A stretch of 64,000 bases of DNA from Felis catus (taxonomy: Eukaryota). The stretch is from positions 106,890,001 through 106,954,000 of the forward strand of contig NC_058373.1 in assembly GCF_018350175.1 (NCBI RefSeq). The letters run 5' to 3'. A program made the translations under genes and the position numbers. The notes under the pieces were generated by a model. That model worked only from the letters and a program-made list of their open reading frames with translations, had not been told where the DNA came from and ran no database searches. Shown here piece by piece: positions 12,763 to 26,024 of this stretch (position 1 is the stretch's first letter; every line of letters begins with the position of its first letter).

Positions 12763-14114
12763 ATTGCAAGCAGCATTTTTGTTCTGCCTAGAAACGTGGA
12801 AAATTTGAAGTTATTAGGACAAATTAAGAGAATTTTTGTTCAACTGAATTTGGTTAATTGGCTAAAGAACATGGAACTGATAGTCTTGTGCCTTCTTGAT
12901 TTTAGGAAGAGTACTGAAAGCAAGTTTGAATTGATGGTTTTCATAAAAACATCCCAGAAACAAAGAGGTTCTTTGGCAAGAACATTTACATTTGTCTTCT
13001 TACAGATGATAAATATTTCTTACTCTCTTGAAGAGTTGAGATTAGGAATTGGAAGTGGTCTGGAAAAGGCCTTACCCATTGAGTATCCCTGATGTAGTGC
13101 TCACTTCATAGTAGCAGTGTGTGTGCGTGTCTGTGTGCTTTGATGCTTCTGCTAATTCTGGTATTTTGTATTACCTGTGTTCATGTCTGAAAGTGTGACT
13201 TACTTTATAGGCTTGCATAATTAGAGGGATTTTAAAGTACACCGAATTAGTGACGGAAGTGAAGTTCCAGGAACTGCAAAACCTATTTTCATTGTGGAAT
13301 GTATAATGAAAACACGTTAATTAATTAAAGGTGGGAAGTCTTGGAAATGAGGGTTGAGGCAAATAAGTTTTTTTGGCTCACATGTAATGAGTACATGTTC
13401 ACGTGTCAAAGTGCAGTTTTGTGTCCTGGGGTTTTGGTTTTTTTGTAATTCTTTTAAACATTGAAGGTAGGGTTTGTTGTGTGTGTGTGTGTTTTTTTTT
13501 TAAGTAAAAATTGTTTATTTCAATTATTTTTTTCCCTTTAAGCTATTATTTACCGAGCAACGAATATTGGGGTGCTCTTTCCTTGCTATCACTTAATTGC
13601 TTAGATTGAAATTCCCATCAAATCACAGAAATTTTGATTCAAGTTGAAAAATCTATTCTTCGGTGAACTGCCCCAGACAAGCTTAGCTTGCATGCCCTCT
13701 ACAGCATTTTGTTTACTTGCCTCAAAACCAGCCACTTGCCAGACATGGGTAAGCGATTTGGACTCAGCTGCTGCATGTTGTCTAGTGAAATTCATATTAA
13801 TTTCTCTGATACCTTATATAAGGTGATTCAGAGTATCTAGAAAGCTTTTTATAAGATTGTTTAATAGTTGTACTGTTACCTAGATAGTGGCTTACCTCAA
13901 CATACTGCATATGTGTCCTCTGCTATAGTTTAGGTAGAGGCTTGGGTCTCCTAGACCAAAGCATTTTCTCTGTGGCTTTCCTTACAGCTACGCAAGAGTA
14001 CATAAGGTACATTTTTTCAGATGTCAGTTTGAGTCAGTGAAATTTCTGATATTTGACCATCTTTGATCTATAAAAATGGCAGTTTTTTTCGTTAAATTTA
14101 GTAGTTTCTAAAGG

Positions 14115-14309
14115 TTTTTTTTTTTTTAAGTTTATTTTTTTATTTTGAGGGAGAATGAGGGGGGCAGTAGAGGGAGGGAAAATCCCAAGCAGGTTCCACA
14201 ATGTCAGTGTAGAGCCCAACGCGGCACTGGATCTTATGAACCATGAGATCATGACCTGAACCAGGATCAAGAGTGGGATGCTTAACTGACTGCGTAATCC
14301 AGGCACCCC
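14115..14309 (-). mobile_element. Carnivore SINE (older SINEC)
   Basis: Poly-T, then gagatcatgacctgaacc...gatgcttaactgactg...caggcacccc (reverse complement of the SINEC head). Confidence 0.9.
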
Positions 14310-16699
14310 TGAAGTTAGTTATTCTTGAATGATCAGACTACAAATCAGTACTTCTCTCATTACTGCAATTTAGTTGTGTCTCCTTGGAATTGACCCTTAG
14401 AACTGGATGACAGGTTTAAAGAAAAACCATACGTATGTAAAATTTGCATATATGAAGTTTGGTAAAAACAGACAATACCAAGTTTATGATTCCTACCTTG
14501 AAATTAAATCTCCAGTTTTTAAGTCACTAACTTACTCTTTGTCATTTCAGCTTCTCGTAGAGCCAGCCCTCTAGATGCGCTGGTATCAGATCAACTTGCT
14601 TGGACATTGCTATGAGAAATGTTATTCCAGCAGTTGACCTGGAAAGGAAATTACAGAGTTTAAATATTAATGCTGGATTATAATAAAGCATAAAGATAAG
14701 ACGGGAAAATGATTTTATGGTTTTATTTTGAATTAACATAAAAGTAAGGTGAGCAGAGTTCCTTTCACACATTAAGGTCATAGAGATTTATGGATCCAAC
14801 TCAATCTGACAGAGACATCACTCGAGTCTCTGAAAATTACTCTTTTAAGTGCTGTCTTTGTTATAGGTGGATGAAGGCTCTAACTAGATGACAAATTCTG
14901 ACTTAGATTGTAGTCGTGCTGTGTCCTTCCTAAAAATCTTTTTTGTATTGTATTTTGCTATTTGTGTTTGTTTTGCTAGCAACTAAAATTGTTTCATATT
15001 TAAAAATCAAAGGATTTGCTAGATGAGTTTGTGACTGTTCTAGGTCAAATGGGTTTATATATGTACCTCACATTAGCATACTGAAACCATTCCAAAGATT
15101 GTCTTTTAAAGTTTCAATAGAACAATCTTCAATGTGTATTTGATCATATTTAATGAAGAAAATGAAGATTCACTCTATATATATCATTATAAGAGCAGAG
15201 TTATTCTGTTATTTTAGCCATTGATCTTTTAACTGCTTATAACAAAACAAAATGTTCTAGTGATTTGATACAGTAGAATCACATGGGAAGTGAGTTTTTA
15301 ACTTGGCATTAGGCAAATAAAAGTCCTCATGTTACTTATATAAATTCAGCTTTTATAACTGTCCACTTTTCTTGACGTATTTTGACAGATTTTGCTGCAA
15401 TGATCCTTAATAAAATAAAAAGAGGTCTTAGCATTTAATAAGGGCAACAAAACTGCTAATGTGCCAAGATCACAGAAAGGAAGCTTGCTTGGGTGTCCTT
15501 CCTTAGTATTTACTTTTATGTCTGAAATCAGAATGCTTGCCTTGTTTTTGTCCTTTGGCTTTGTTTTAAATATGTAAGTTCCTAGACTACATTCACTTTA
15601 GGACTTGCGTAAACATTTTTTAAGGGAAGTCTCAGGGTGTTGAATTCTGCATCCTTGGATATCATTGTGCTCTGTCCTGATTTCTACAATATAGGTAGGT
15701 TGGACTGTTTACTGACAATATGGTTATAAGTGTGTTACATATGCGTATATAAATATCCTTGTTCAAGGTCAACTGCAGGTGCCTGTCACTAGTGTTACTG
15801 GTTCAACTTGACCTTCAGAGAGGTTTGCTGCTTCACTACCAGATGGATTTGGCATCTGACAGAACTACAGTGTCAGTAAAACTTCATCTCAGGAGGAGCA
15901 GGGCTCCAAGAAGGAAACTTCCTGGAGGGCAAGTCTCCATGATTTGAAATAAGGAAGAATGCAGTAGCAGTTTCTGAAGATCACATAGTTGGTTCTCTAA
16001 GTCGCTTGGAACTGTTTTGATATTTTAGTTTCTTGGACTGAAAGTCAAACACTTTTGTTCAAAACTCATTTGTTCAGATATAAAAATTTGAATGTTTATG
16101 TGAAAATAATTGTACTTTTTCATCTTAGAATCTGTGACTTTCGTAGACTTTAATAATTTGAAGTCATTTGATGAAGTTGGCAGTTTTCTCTTTGGTAAAG
16201 GAGGAAGAGGAAAAGAATGTGGAGGAGGGGAAGAAAAGGAGATAAGGGCAAGAAGAGGTTCTAAAGTGGAAAAACAAGGTATTTTTTTTTAACTTAAGAA
16301 AATTCTACTTTTCTGAAATTAAAAACAACCAATTTAGGCTCCATAAATCCTCCTTATGTTTTATAGCAGTCAATATAACGCATCACCGGTCGGTAGATTA
16401 GTCGTCTTGTTCTCCCTCCAGTATGTCCCTCCAAAGGCCTTGTATAAAGGGAAGGAGGGGATAACCCAATATCATTTGTCAACTGTCACTTGTAGGTTCG
16501 ATTAGGAAAGTGATTAAAATGAAGTTTAAGGTAAGGATTGCAGGTTTCCCTTCTATTCATTGTTTCCCTGTCTTCTCTGAAGCAGTGATTCTGAACCTGC
16601 CTGCAAGATAGAATGACCTGGAAAACTAAAAACTCTTTCATCAGTTAAGGTTAAGCTGGAAGGTTACCCCACCACCATCCCAGTGATGCCTACATTCCC

Positions 16700-16930
16700 T
16701 CTTGCTCCTCCTTGGATCTTTTGTTCAAATTCCTGAGGTGGCTCCCATTTCACTAACAGCCAAAGTCCTTAACAGTGGCCTACAAAGCCCCCTATGTGAT
16801 GTTCTTGAAACCTCTGACTCCTCTCCCTTGCTTTTGCTTCAGCCACACTGGTCTCCTGGCTGTCGCCAAACATGCCTGTCTCCTTCAGATCCTAGGGTCT
16901 TATGGGAATTGCTTTACTGTTCACTCCACC
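16700..16930 (+). mobile_element. L2 fragment
   Basis: gtggctcccatttcact...aaagtccttaacagtggcctacaaagcccc...ttcagccacactggtctcc...catgcc resembles the L2 3' region. Confidence 0.55.
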
Positions 16931-19556
16931 TGGATTGTTTCAGTGGTCAAAGCAAGTCGAATCTAACTTCAGGAAACCTGAAAGGAACAAACCACAATAA
17001 TTGTGGATAACCCTAATAGCTACCAGGGGGCCACAGTATGCGTTTGGATAAATAAGCCTGTGCATGTGTGTGTGCCTGCAGAAAATGAGATTGGTGTTAC
17101 ATACACTCCAGGAGACGTGGTCTTATTTGAACTGTGCGCTTTGAGATAAGTGCTGGTGGCAGATGCAGGGACCACATGGGATTATCTCGGATCGCAAGTG
17201 CTCCCAATTATGAGAGGTCAGTGTTTCTGCATCTTTGGGTGTTGAAGCGGACTACCTGGCATTAAGGGTGAGGTTGGATTTGCATAGACAGGGCTAAACA
17301 GGATGTTTTCCCAGCAGAGAAAACAGATGAGCAAAGGAAAAGGTAAGGCGGCTGAGGCCAGTGAGAATGCCTGGGTTAGCAGGAACTTCCCACACTCAGA
17401 TCCCCAAAGGGGAGTAAGAGAGGTTTAAAGGCACAACACTAAGAAAGCCTGCTTTTTATGTCCTTTGCTTCCTGAAGAGAGCTTTTCACTAAGTCTATGT
17501 TAGGAATATGGCATTGCTTATGTTAAATCAGCTTTACTGTCAAGTTCAGTGGCATTTCCACAACACATAGAGGAGCTGTGTGTTATTCTCACACACCACC
17601 CAGGACAGTGCTGCCCCAAACCTAACAGTCATTAAGTAATTTGGGCTGATTACCCAGTCACAAAGTTTATCTGTTATTTCTTCCACCTGAGGAGTGTTCT
17701 GGAGCCTCTGGAAGAGATAGGGGCTGTAGAGAGCCGTAGTATCTGTGGCAGAACTGTGACTCCATGAAGGAGACGTTCATGACCTTAGCTGAGCCCCGAC
17801 TTAGCTGGCCTAGCTATTACTTGGCCAGCATGACCCAGGAGCGGTGGTCTAATTTGAACTGCGTACTTTGAGGCAAGTGCGTGGGAGCAGACAGGCGGGG
17901 ACCACATGAAATGCTGTTTGAGGTTTCCTGTTTGCTCTAGCTCGCTGCTGCCGCTGCCCTCTGCCACCACCGCCCTCCCAGCCAAAACAAAATAACATTA
18001 ACATTCAGAACGTAGAGTCAGCTAAGAGCAGTTCGGCATTTGACAGTGTATCCTTTTTTTCAAGTTTCAACAATGGACAACATACTTCACAATTCAAAAA
18101 ACACTTTACCAAACAGAGCCTCCAATTTATCAGCAACTTATTTCTGAGGTGACTCTCTTCGGGTGTACAATTATCATGCGCCTATTTTTGAGCTGCTTCT
18201 AAAGCCGCTACCCAAGTCCATTCACCGTGAATATGACAGTTTGGGTGTGAGCCCTGCCAGAAGCTCTGTGTTATCAGAAAGCTTCCCTCCTCACAGTGTG
18301 CTCCGCTTCCTTCCATTCTGAGCCAGTAACCTATGCCAGTTGTGGCCAGGACAGGAGGTAAAACAATAATATGTTTTTCTTCTTAGTAAATGCAATTCTT
18401 TGGAGTAGAAATTTTCTGAATATAAGTGATGAGCAAAAACAAAAGACGAAAAGCAAAACCCACCAGCGTGGGCTCTGCCCACTTGCTGGCTACTTCATCC
18501 TCCCGCTGTCCCAGCCATGCTGCCCATTGCTGGGCAGAATTATTAACCAATATTAACTAAAGAAAGCCCTGCTGTCACTAATCCTCAGATATGCTAAAGC
18601 CGCCCTGTCAGAGGCCCCTCCACTGCTATCCTCACCTGCAACTGCTCCTGTGTGCCCGCAGACAGTTGGCCCTCAGTCCGGTCTTCTGCAGATAATCTTA
18701 CCCCTCAGTGTTTCTGGGAGCATCAAAGTGAATGTGATGTTTGCCACAGAGCCTATTATTTGAAGTTAGACTAACTTAAGCCTCCAAATTTGGTGACAGT
18801 CTTTCCAATCATTTTCTTGTGACTGGGGGAAAAGACAAAGAGGAATTCTAGTGTATAAGGATTATTGTGCAAGCTGAAGAATATTAATGAAAATATACTA
18901 GATACACCTCCATCCATGATTTAGATAACCCATAAAAAAATAACCTGAAGCTGGGAAAAACAAAAACCCAACATTTTTTTCAAACATCTCTGATCATTAG
19001 CCACCCAAATTAACTTCTCAGAGAAAATCTCACCAGCTTTATTATCTCTTCACATAATTTTGTTACTGTAAGAGATACATAACAAAGTTACCATTTTAAG
19101 TGTACAATTCAGTGGCATTAGGTACATTCACAATGTTGTTCAACCATTACTGCTGTCTAGTTCCAGAGCATTTTTCATCACCCGAAACAGAAACTGTATC
19201 CATTAAGCAGTCACTTCCCATTCTCCCCTCCCCTCAGCCTTTGGCAACCTCTACTCTACTTTCTATCTTGAGAAATTTACCTATCCTAGATATTTATGTA
19301 AGTGAAATCATACACTATTTGTCCATTTGTATGTGACTTATTTCACTTAGCATAATGCTTCCAAGTTTCATCCATGTTCTAAGATGTATCAGAATTCCAT
19401 TCCTTTTTACAGCTATTATCCCAACAATGCATATGCCACAGTTTGTTTACCCATTTGCCCATTGATGGACAGGGGTTTTTCCACCTTTTGGCTATTGTGC
19501 ATAATGCTGCTATGAACATAGGTATACAAATTTGAGTCCCTGTTTTCAATTCTTTT

Positions 19557-20978
19557 AATTTTTATTTTTCTAAATTTACATCTAAGTTAGCATCTAGCGC
19601 AACAGTGATTTCAGGAGTAGATTCCTTAATGCCCCTTACCCATTTAGCCCATCCCCCCTCCCACAACCCCTCCAGTAACCCTCAGTTTGTTCTCCATATT
19701 TATGAGTCTCTTCTGTTTTGTCCTCCTCCCTATTTTTATATTATTTGTTTCCCTTCCCTTGTGTTCATCTGTTCTGTGTCTTAAAGTCCTCGTATGAGTG
19801 AAGTCATATATTTGTCTTTCTCTAACTTCACTCAGCATAATACCCTCTAGCTTCATCCATGTAGTTGCAAACGGCAAGATTTCAGTTGTTTTGACTGCCA
19901 AGTAATACTCCACTGTATGTATGTGTGTGTATGTATACACACACACACCACATCTTTATCCATTCATTCATTGATGGACATTTAGGCTCTTTCCATACCT
20001 TGGCTATTGTTGATAGTGCTGCTATAAACGTTGGGGTGCATGTGCCCCTTGGAAACGGCATACCTGTATCCCTTGGATAAATACCTAGTAGCGCAATTGC
20101 TGGGTCATAGGGTAGTTCTATTTTTAATTTTTTGAGGAACCTCCATACTGTTTTCCAGAGTGGCTGCACCAGTTTGCATTCCTACCAGCAGTGCAAAAGA
20201 GATCCTCTTTCTCCGCATTCTCACCAACATTTGTTGTTGCCTGAGTTGTTAATGTTAGCCATTCTGATAGGTGTGATTGTGGTTTTGATTTGTCTTTCCC
20301 TGATGATGAGTGATGTTGAGCATTTTTTCATGTGTTGGTTGGCCACCTGGATGTCTTCTTTGGAGAAGTATCTATTCATGTCTTTTGTCCATTTCTTCAC
20401 TGGATTATTTGTTTTTTGGGTGTTGAGTTTGATAAGTTCTTTATAGATTTTAGATACTAACCTTTTATCCGATATGTCGTCTGCAAATATCTTCTCCCAT
20501 TCTGTCGGTTGCTTTTAGTTTTGCTGATTGTTTCCTCTGCTGTGCAGAAGCTTTTTATTTTGATGAGGTCCCCGTAGTTCATTTTTGCTTTTATTTCCCT
20601 TGCCTCTGGAGACGTGTTGAGTAAGAAGTTGCTGCAACCAAGATCAAAGCTTTTGTCTGCTTTCTCCTCAAGGATATTGATGGCTTCCTGTCTTACATTT
20701 AGGTCTTTCATCCATTTTGAGTTTATTTTTGTGTATGGTGTAAGAAAGTGGTCCAGGTTCATTTTTCTGCATGTTATGTCCAGTTTTCCCAGCACAACTT
20801 GCTGAAAAGACTGTCTTTATTCCATTGGATATTCTTTCCTGCTTTGTCAAAAATTAATTGGCCATACATTTGTGGGTCTACTTCTGGGTTCTCTATTCTG
20901 TTCCATTGATCTGAGTGTTCTTGTGCCAGTACCATACTGTCTTGATGATTACATCTTTGTAATACAGCTTGAAGTCCA
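19557..20978 (-). mobile_element. 5'-truncated carnivore/felid L1 inserted in the older L1
   Basis: Exact 16-bp TSD TGTTTTCAATTCTTTT (19541-19556 and 20979-20994); frameshifted ORF2 C-terminal peptides [18 protein letters not shown] and [31 protein letters not shown]. Confidence 0.92.
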
Positions 20979-21458
20979 TGTTTTCAATTCTTTTGGGTAT
21001 ATACCTAGGAGTGGAATTGCTGGGTCATATTGTAACTCTGTGTTCAACTTATTGAGGAGCTGCCAGATTGTCACCCACAGCAGCTGCACCATTTTACATT
21101 CCCAGAAGCAATGATGCGGGTTCCAGTTCCCCATACCCTCACCAATACTTTTCTCTTTATTTGTTTGAAAAATAGCCATCCTATGATGGTTTCTCACTGG
21201 TTTTGATTTGCATTTCCCTGATGACTAATGATGTTGAGCATCTTTTTATGTGTGTATTGGCTATTTGTGTATCTTTTTTGGAGAAATGTCTAGTTTAACT
21301 TTTGCCCATTTTTAACTGGGTTGCTTGGTTTTGTTGGTGTGTTGACTTGTAGGGATTCTTTATATATTCTGGATATTAATCTCTTATCAGATAGATGATT
21401 TGCAAATATTTCCTCCCATTCTGTGGGTTGTCTTTCTACTCTGTTGATAGTGTCTTTT

Positions 21459-21670
21459 TTTTTTTTTCAACGTTTATTTATTTTTGGGAAAGAGAGAGAC
21501 AGAGCATGAACGGGGGAGGGGCAGAGAGAGAGGGAGACACAGAATCGGAAACAGGCTCCAGGCTCTGAGCCATCAGCCCAGAGCTCGACGCGGGGCTCGA
21601 ACTCACGGACTGCGAGATCATGACCTGGCTGAAGTCGGACGCCTAACCGACTGCGCCACCCAGGCGCCCC
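21459..21670 (-). mobile_element. Young SINEC_Fc inserted in the old L1
   Basis: Exact 13-bp TSD GATAGTGTCTTTT (21446-21458, 21671-21683); full length, CpG-rich. Confidence 0.96.
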
Positions 21671-22899
21671 GATAGTGTCTTTTGATGTGCAAAAGTTTTT
21701 AATTTTGGTGAAGCCTGATTTATTTATTTTTATTGCCTGTGCTTTTGGTGTCATAACTAAGAAATCATTGCCTAACCCAAAGTCATGAAGATTTTCAGCT
21801 GTGTTTTATTCCAAGGGCTATATAGTTCTTAAATTTAGGTCTTTGATCCATTTTTTAGTTAATTTTTGTATATGGTGTAAGGTAAGGGTCCAGCTTCATT
21901 CTTTCACATATGGATATCCAGTTTTCCCAGCACCATTTGTTTAAAAGATTAACAACTTTATTTATGAGGATGGATTTCTCTTCCTGCTTCACCTGGCCGT
22001 GGGCACAGGCTGGAGGCACAGAGCTTGCAAACCGCTTTTTCCCCTTCCTCTTATCTGGCTGGTGAGGATCAAATCCGATTCCCACAGTAAAAACTGTACT
22101 TAGGATCCCCATTTAGAACTCTCGATTAGCTGAGACAAATGGATTTGTGGTTCTTGCTACTAGCAATTAGCCTTTATATGCCTGTCTTCTCCATGAGGCT
22201 GGTAGAGGGCTCTGAGAATTGTTGACAGTGTATGCAAAACACCTACCACAGTGCCCACCACACAGTGAATGGATCAGTCAGGGTTCTTCCTTTTCAGGCC
22301 ACAGATCTTGACTCTAGGAAATACTTAAGGAAAAAGTGAAATTTATAGCAAGGCTCTTAGATGCTCACAGACTTATAAGAAGGCTGGAAAACCAGGCTTG
22401 GAAATGAGTGAAAACCAAGGTAATCAGAGGAATGGTCTATCCTCTTAGCTTCATTGTAAGACAGATGCCAAAATTTAGTGATGCACTGAGACCAGACATA
22501 AGGCTGTATAAGAGATGTCCTAGAGGAGATCAGAGCACAGGAAGAGGGGGTGAATACTGGGCAACAATTTATGGCAACTGTCTTCTGTAAATCATCTCGC
22601 AAGTCTCCCAATATCTACATCCACATCTTTTTCATTCAAATGCTTCCCAAAATGCTCCTGGCCTCACAGAATGCAATTTTCAAAACTGCATTAACCCCTC
22701 CCCAGAGGGGACAATACAAAGTGTCATCAATTACTGTTCCAAGTCCAGGACATCTCAGTGATGTCTACTCTTTAGTCCTTGCCTTCAGTACCTTACATAC
22801 TAGATGGTGAATTTAACCAACTCCTGGCAATAGGAGGAGTGGGCAAACACTAAATTATCTAAAATATTTAGATAAGTACACTATTGGTTGTATCAGCAG

Positions 22900-23620
22900 T
22901 TACTGTTTTCTGAACCATTTGAAAATGAGTTGAAACACTGTACTTCTTCACCTCTGAATACTTCAACGTGTATTTCCACAGAACAAGGATGTTTTCTTAC
23001 ATAATCACAGCCCAATTATCATAACCAGGAAAGATAACATTCATAAAACACAGTCACCTAATCTACAGTCTATATTCAAATTTCATCAATTACACCAAAA
23101 TGCCTTTCATAGCCCTTTCTGCCACTCCAAGGTCAACCCAGGATCATGCATTGCAATCAGCTGTTGTGTCTCTCTAGTTTCTTCATTCTGGAACAGTCCC
23201 TCGGCCCACCTTTGTCTTTAATGACTGTGCCACTTTTGAGGAAAAGAAGCCAGTTATTCTGAGACTATCCCTCAGTTTGGGTTTTTCCAGTGCTTTCTCA
23301 TTACTAGTTCAGATGATGCAGTTGTGGCAGGACCACCACAGAACTGATGCCATGTCCTCCTTGGTGCATCACATCCAGGAGGCACATGTTACCTATTTGT
23401 CCCATTATTGGTGGTTTATGTCATCTTTGATCACTCAATTAAGGTGATATCTGCTGGTTTTCTCCACTGTGAAGTCACTGTTTTTCACCTTGTAATTAAT
23501 GTGGAATTTGATTGAGACTGTGTTGTCTATTCCTCATCAAACTCTCACCTACCAGTGTTAGCATCAATTGATTTTGTACCTCCATACTTTCTGTATTCTA
23601 CTGTAAAGAAAGGCTTTCCC
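22900..23620 (-). mobile_element. Ancient L1 (L1MC-like) 3' fragment
   Basis: ctgaaccatttgaaaatgagttg...gaatacttcaacgtgtatttcc...aacaaggatgttttcttacataatcacag resembles the L1MC 3' end. Confidence 0.6.
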
Positions 23621-24163
23621 TTTCCTTTCCAACTTTTAACTTTTTAAGAATTAATACATGTGCCTAGCATATTCTCACTCCATCCTTGAATTCCCTGTCC
23701 TGAGCTTCAACCCCCTATTGGTCCCTGATCCAATCCTGAGCTTTGCCTTTGACTGACTGCCATCCCAGCCTGCCTCCTGCTCCATCTCTGAGCTTCATCC
23801 ATCCCCAAGCTTTCCTGGCTCCCTCACCCCACCCTATTTTTGGCCTTGGGTCTGGACAATGTGCCCTGGAGAGTAGACTGGACATTGATAATGTGCTAGC
23901 AAAAGCATTTATCTCAGAGAGAACATTACATCAATCTTCACCTCCTTTTAAGGAGGTAGATTTCAACTATCCCATCAATCCTGAAAGTTTTAGACATACT
24001 TTCATTGCTAATCTTTGTCTCATTGGCTTTTCCAAAAGTCAAAGCTAGAATTTTTCTTTGCAAAACAGGAGTCCTGATTTGACTATTTGTTTATACCTTA
24101 TTCTCAAAGGTAGTTTTCAAAAATATACTAATGACTTTAAGAGAGAGAATAGGGATTAAGCTA

Positions 24164-24743
24164 TGCAATGAGCTAAATGTTCAAATGTCTAATATGTTCA
24201 TATATAAAAATCCGTATGTCAAGGGGCACTTGGGTGCTTCAGTCAGTTAAGCCTCCAACTCTTGATTTCAGCTCAGGTCAAGATCTCATGGTTCATGGGA
24301 TACAGCCCCATGTCAGGCTCTGCACTGACAGCATGGATTCTGCTTAGGATTCCTTCTCTCCTTCTCTCTGTGTTCCTCCCCTACTTGCTCTCTCTCGCTC
24401 TTAAATAAACTTAAAAAAAAGCAGTATGTTGAAACCCTAACCCCAATGTCATGGTGTTTGGTGGTGGGACCTTTAAGAGGTAATTAAGTCATAAGGGTGA
24501 AGCCCTCATGAATAGGATTAGTGCCCTTATGAGAAGAGGTCAGAGATGGCTAGCTCTCTTTCCACCATGTGAAGATATAAGAAGTTGGCAGTTTGCAACG
24601 TACAAGATGGCCCTCACCAGAACCCAACCATGCTGGCATCTTGACTTTGGACTCCCAGCCTCCAGAACTGTGAGCGATAGCTTTCTGTTGTTTATCAGCC
24701 ACCCAGTCTATGGTACTTTTGTATAGCAGCCCCAACTAAGACA
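24164..24743 (+). mobile_element. MaLR solo LTR (MLT1A-like) interrupted by a SINE
   Basis: tatgttgaaaccctaacccc...ggattagtgcccttat...ccagcctccagaactgtgag...gtatagcagcccc...actaagaCA. Confidence 0.85.
24223..24420 (+). mobile_element. Carnivore SINE inside the MLT1A LTR
   Basis: GGGGCACTTGGGT head, CT tract, taaataaacttaaaaaaaa tail; degenerate TSD aaaaa(tcc/gca)gtatgt. Confidence 0.9.
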
Positions 24744-24989
24744 AGAAGCAAGAACAGCAAAAATAAGATTAAGCCCAGAGTAAGGCTGGTATATAGAATT
24801 CATGTCATTCTGTATGCCCATGTTTGGGGCTTTCTAGTAGCCAGTGCAAAAGGGAGTTATTTTGGTCATCTTCATTTATCAAGTAGAGGGTGATACTTTT
24901 TAAAATTCTCTAAATTGAGGTCACATAAAGTTTGCTACTGAATATGTGGAATATTTATACATTATCCAGTACTGGGTGATCCTGTACCT

Positions 24990-25410
24990 GGCCTTATGTA
25001 GTTTCCCCATATGCATGTGCTGGCTGGAGCTCAGCTGGAGACTTGCAGGAGCCTCTGCTGCTCTCTAGAGCCCTTTCTCTTAAGCTTTCTCAGAGACGCT
25101 CTCCTGAGAACTCTAGTGCCTGAGCTTCCCCAGACTCCAAACTCTGTCTACCCAATGCGGAAGGGTCACAAGGCTCCACCTAATCCCCCCCTCCCTGTGA
25201 TGTAGCCTCTCCCCAGGCAATAAGCTGGGGCATTCACAGGTTCATATTTTATGTTTCTTTTCTCTCAGGGATCCCTGTGCCTTACTGCCTGGTTGTCCAA
25301 TGTCCTAAAAATCTTTGTTTCATATGTTTTGTCTATGTCCTTAATTGCTCCATGTGGAAGGATAAATCTGGTCCCTAATACTCCTTCTTGACTGGAATCT
25401 TAAGTCCCTT
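24990..25410 (-). mobile_element. Probable ancient L1 5'-end fragment
   Basis: ccaggcaataagctggggca...tttctctcagggatc...gaaggataaatctggtccct...actcc resembles old L1M 5' regions; subfamily uncertain. Confidence 0.4.
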
Positions 25411-25629
25411 GTTTCTTGACAACCTCACACTGTTAAGTTCTAACTTGGATGCACTGACCTGTGATCAGAACTTTCAGGAACCACTGTCTTCTAAGAAACG
25501 TTTATATAAAAATATCCAAACAGAAACTCTATGACATTTTATTTCCTCTAAGTGCATTCAGATTGGATGTCCTCATATCCACAATGAGTTAGGAAAGGGG
25601 ATTTTGTAGTATTACAAAATCATCTTATG

Positions 25630-25712
25630 TTATATAGACTGGCCAAATCACTATGTTTTACACCTGAAACTAATGTAACATTGTGTGTCAACTATACTTC
25701 AATTTAAAAAAA
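25630..25712 (+). mobile_element. Very short L1 3' tail
   Basis: tcactatgttttacacctgaaactaatgtaacattgtgtgtcaactatacttcaatttaaaaaaa. Confidence 0.75.
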
Positions 25713-26024
25713 GACAATGCAAAAGGATTGCAGAAGAAATATGAACTTCCAGTGACCATGGAAATATGCTGGTCTTGAAGCTAACATCTCAGCTCCAGAT
25801 CTGTTCTTAACTCCACCTTGTGATGCTGGGGCTCTGATCCCTTCAACTACATTTCTCCTTTGCCAGCTGATTTTTTTTTCCTTTTTAAGTTACTTCATGC
25901 TAATTATAGGAGATGGACCAGAAAGCTGGAATAAATTTTCTGTTTTCCTGACTAGACTGTGACTGATAAAAACCACCACCCATTAGAAAAAGGAGAACTA
26001 GTGGTTGCTTTGTAGGTATGATTC

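Larger units (their letters stand above)
19055..21950 (-). mobile_element. Old L1 (L1MB-like) 3' fragment, interrupted by a younger L1 and a SINE
   Basis: Antisense L1 3' UTR (ttttaagtgtacaattcagtggcattaggtacattcacaatg) and ORF2 remnants ([27 protein letters not shown]); the sequence resumes after each insertion. Confidence 0.85.

Noticed and set aside
13689..13778. 44-nt exon-like segment (13705-13748) flanked by TGCATG motifs
   Set aside because: Lies beyond the distal poly(A) signal, has a short pyrimidine tract and is not frame-preserving; chance or enhancer sequence is equally likely
17019..17035. CTCF-like CTACCAGGGGGCCA (also ATACCAGGGGGCAT at ~44207)
   Set aside because: Mismatches at key 5' core positions and no upstream module; too weak to call without ChIP
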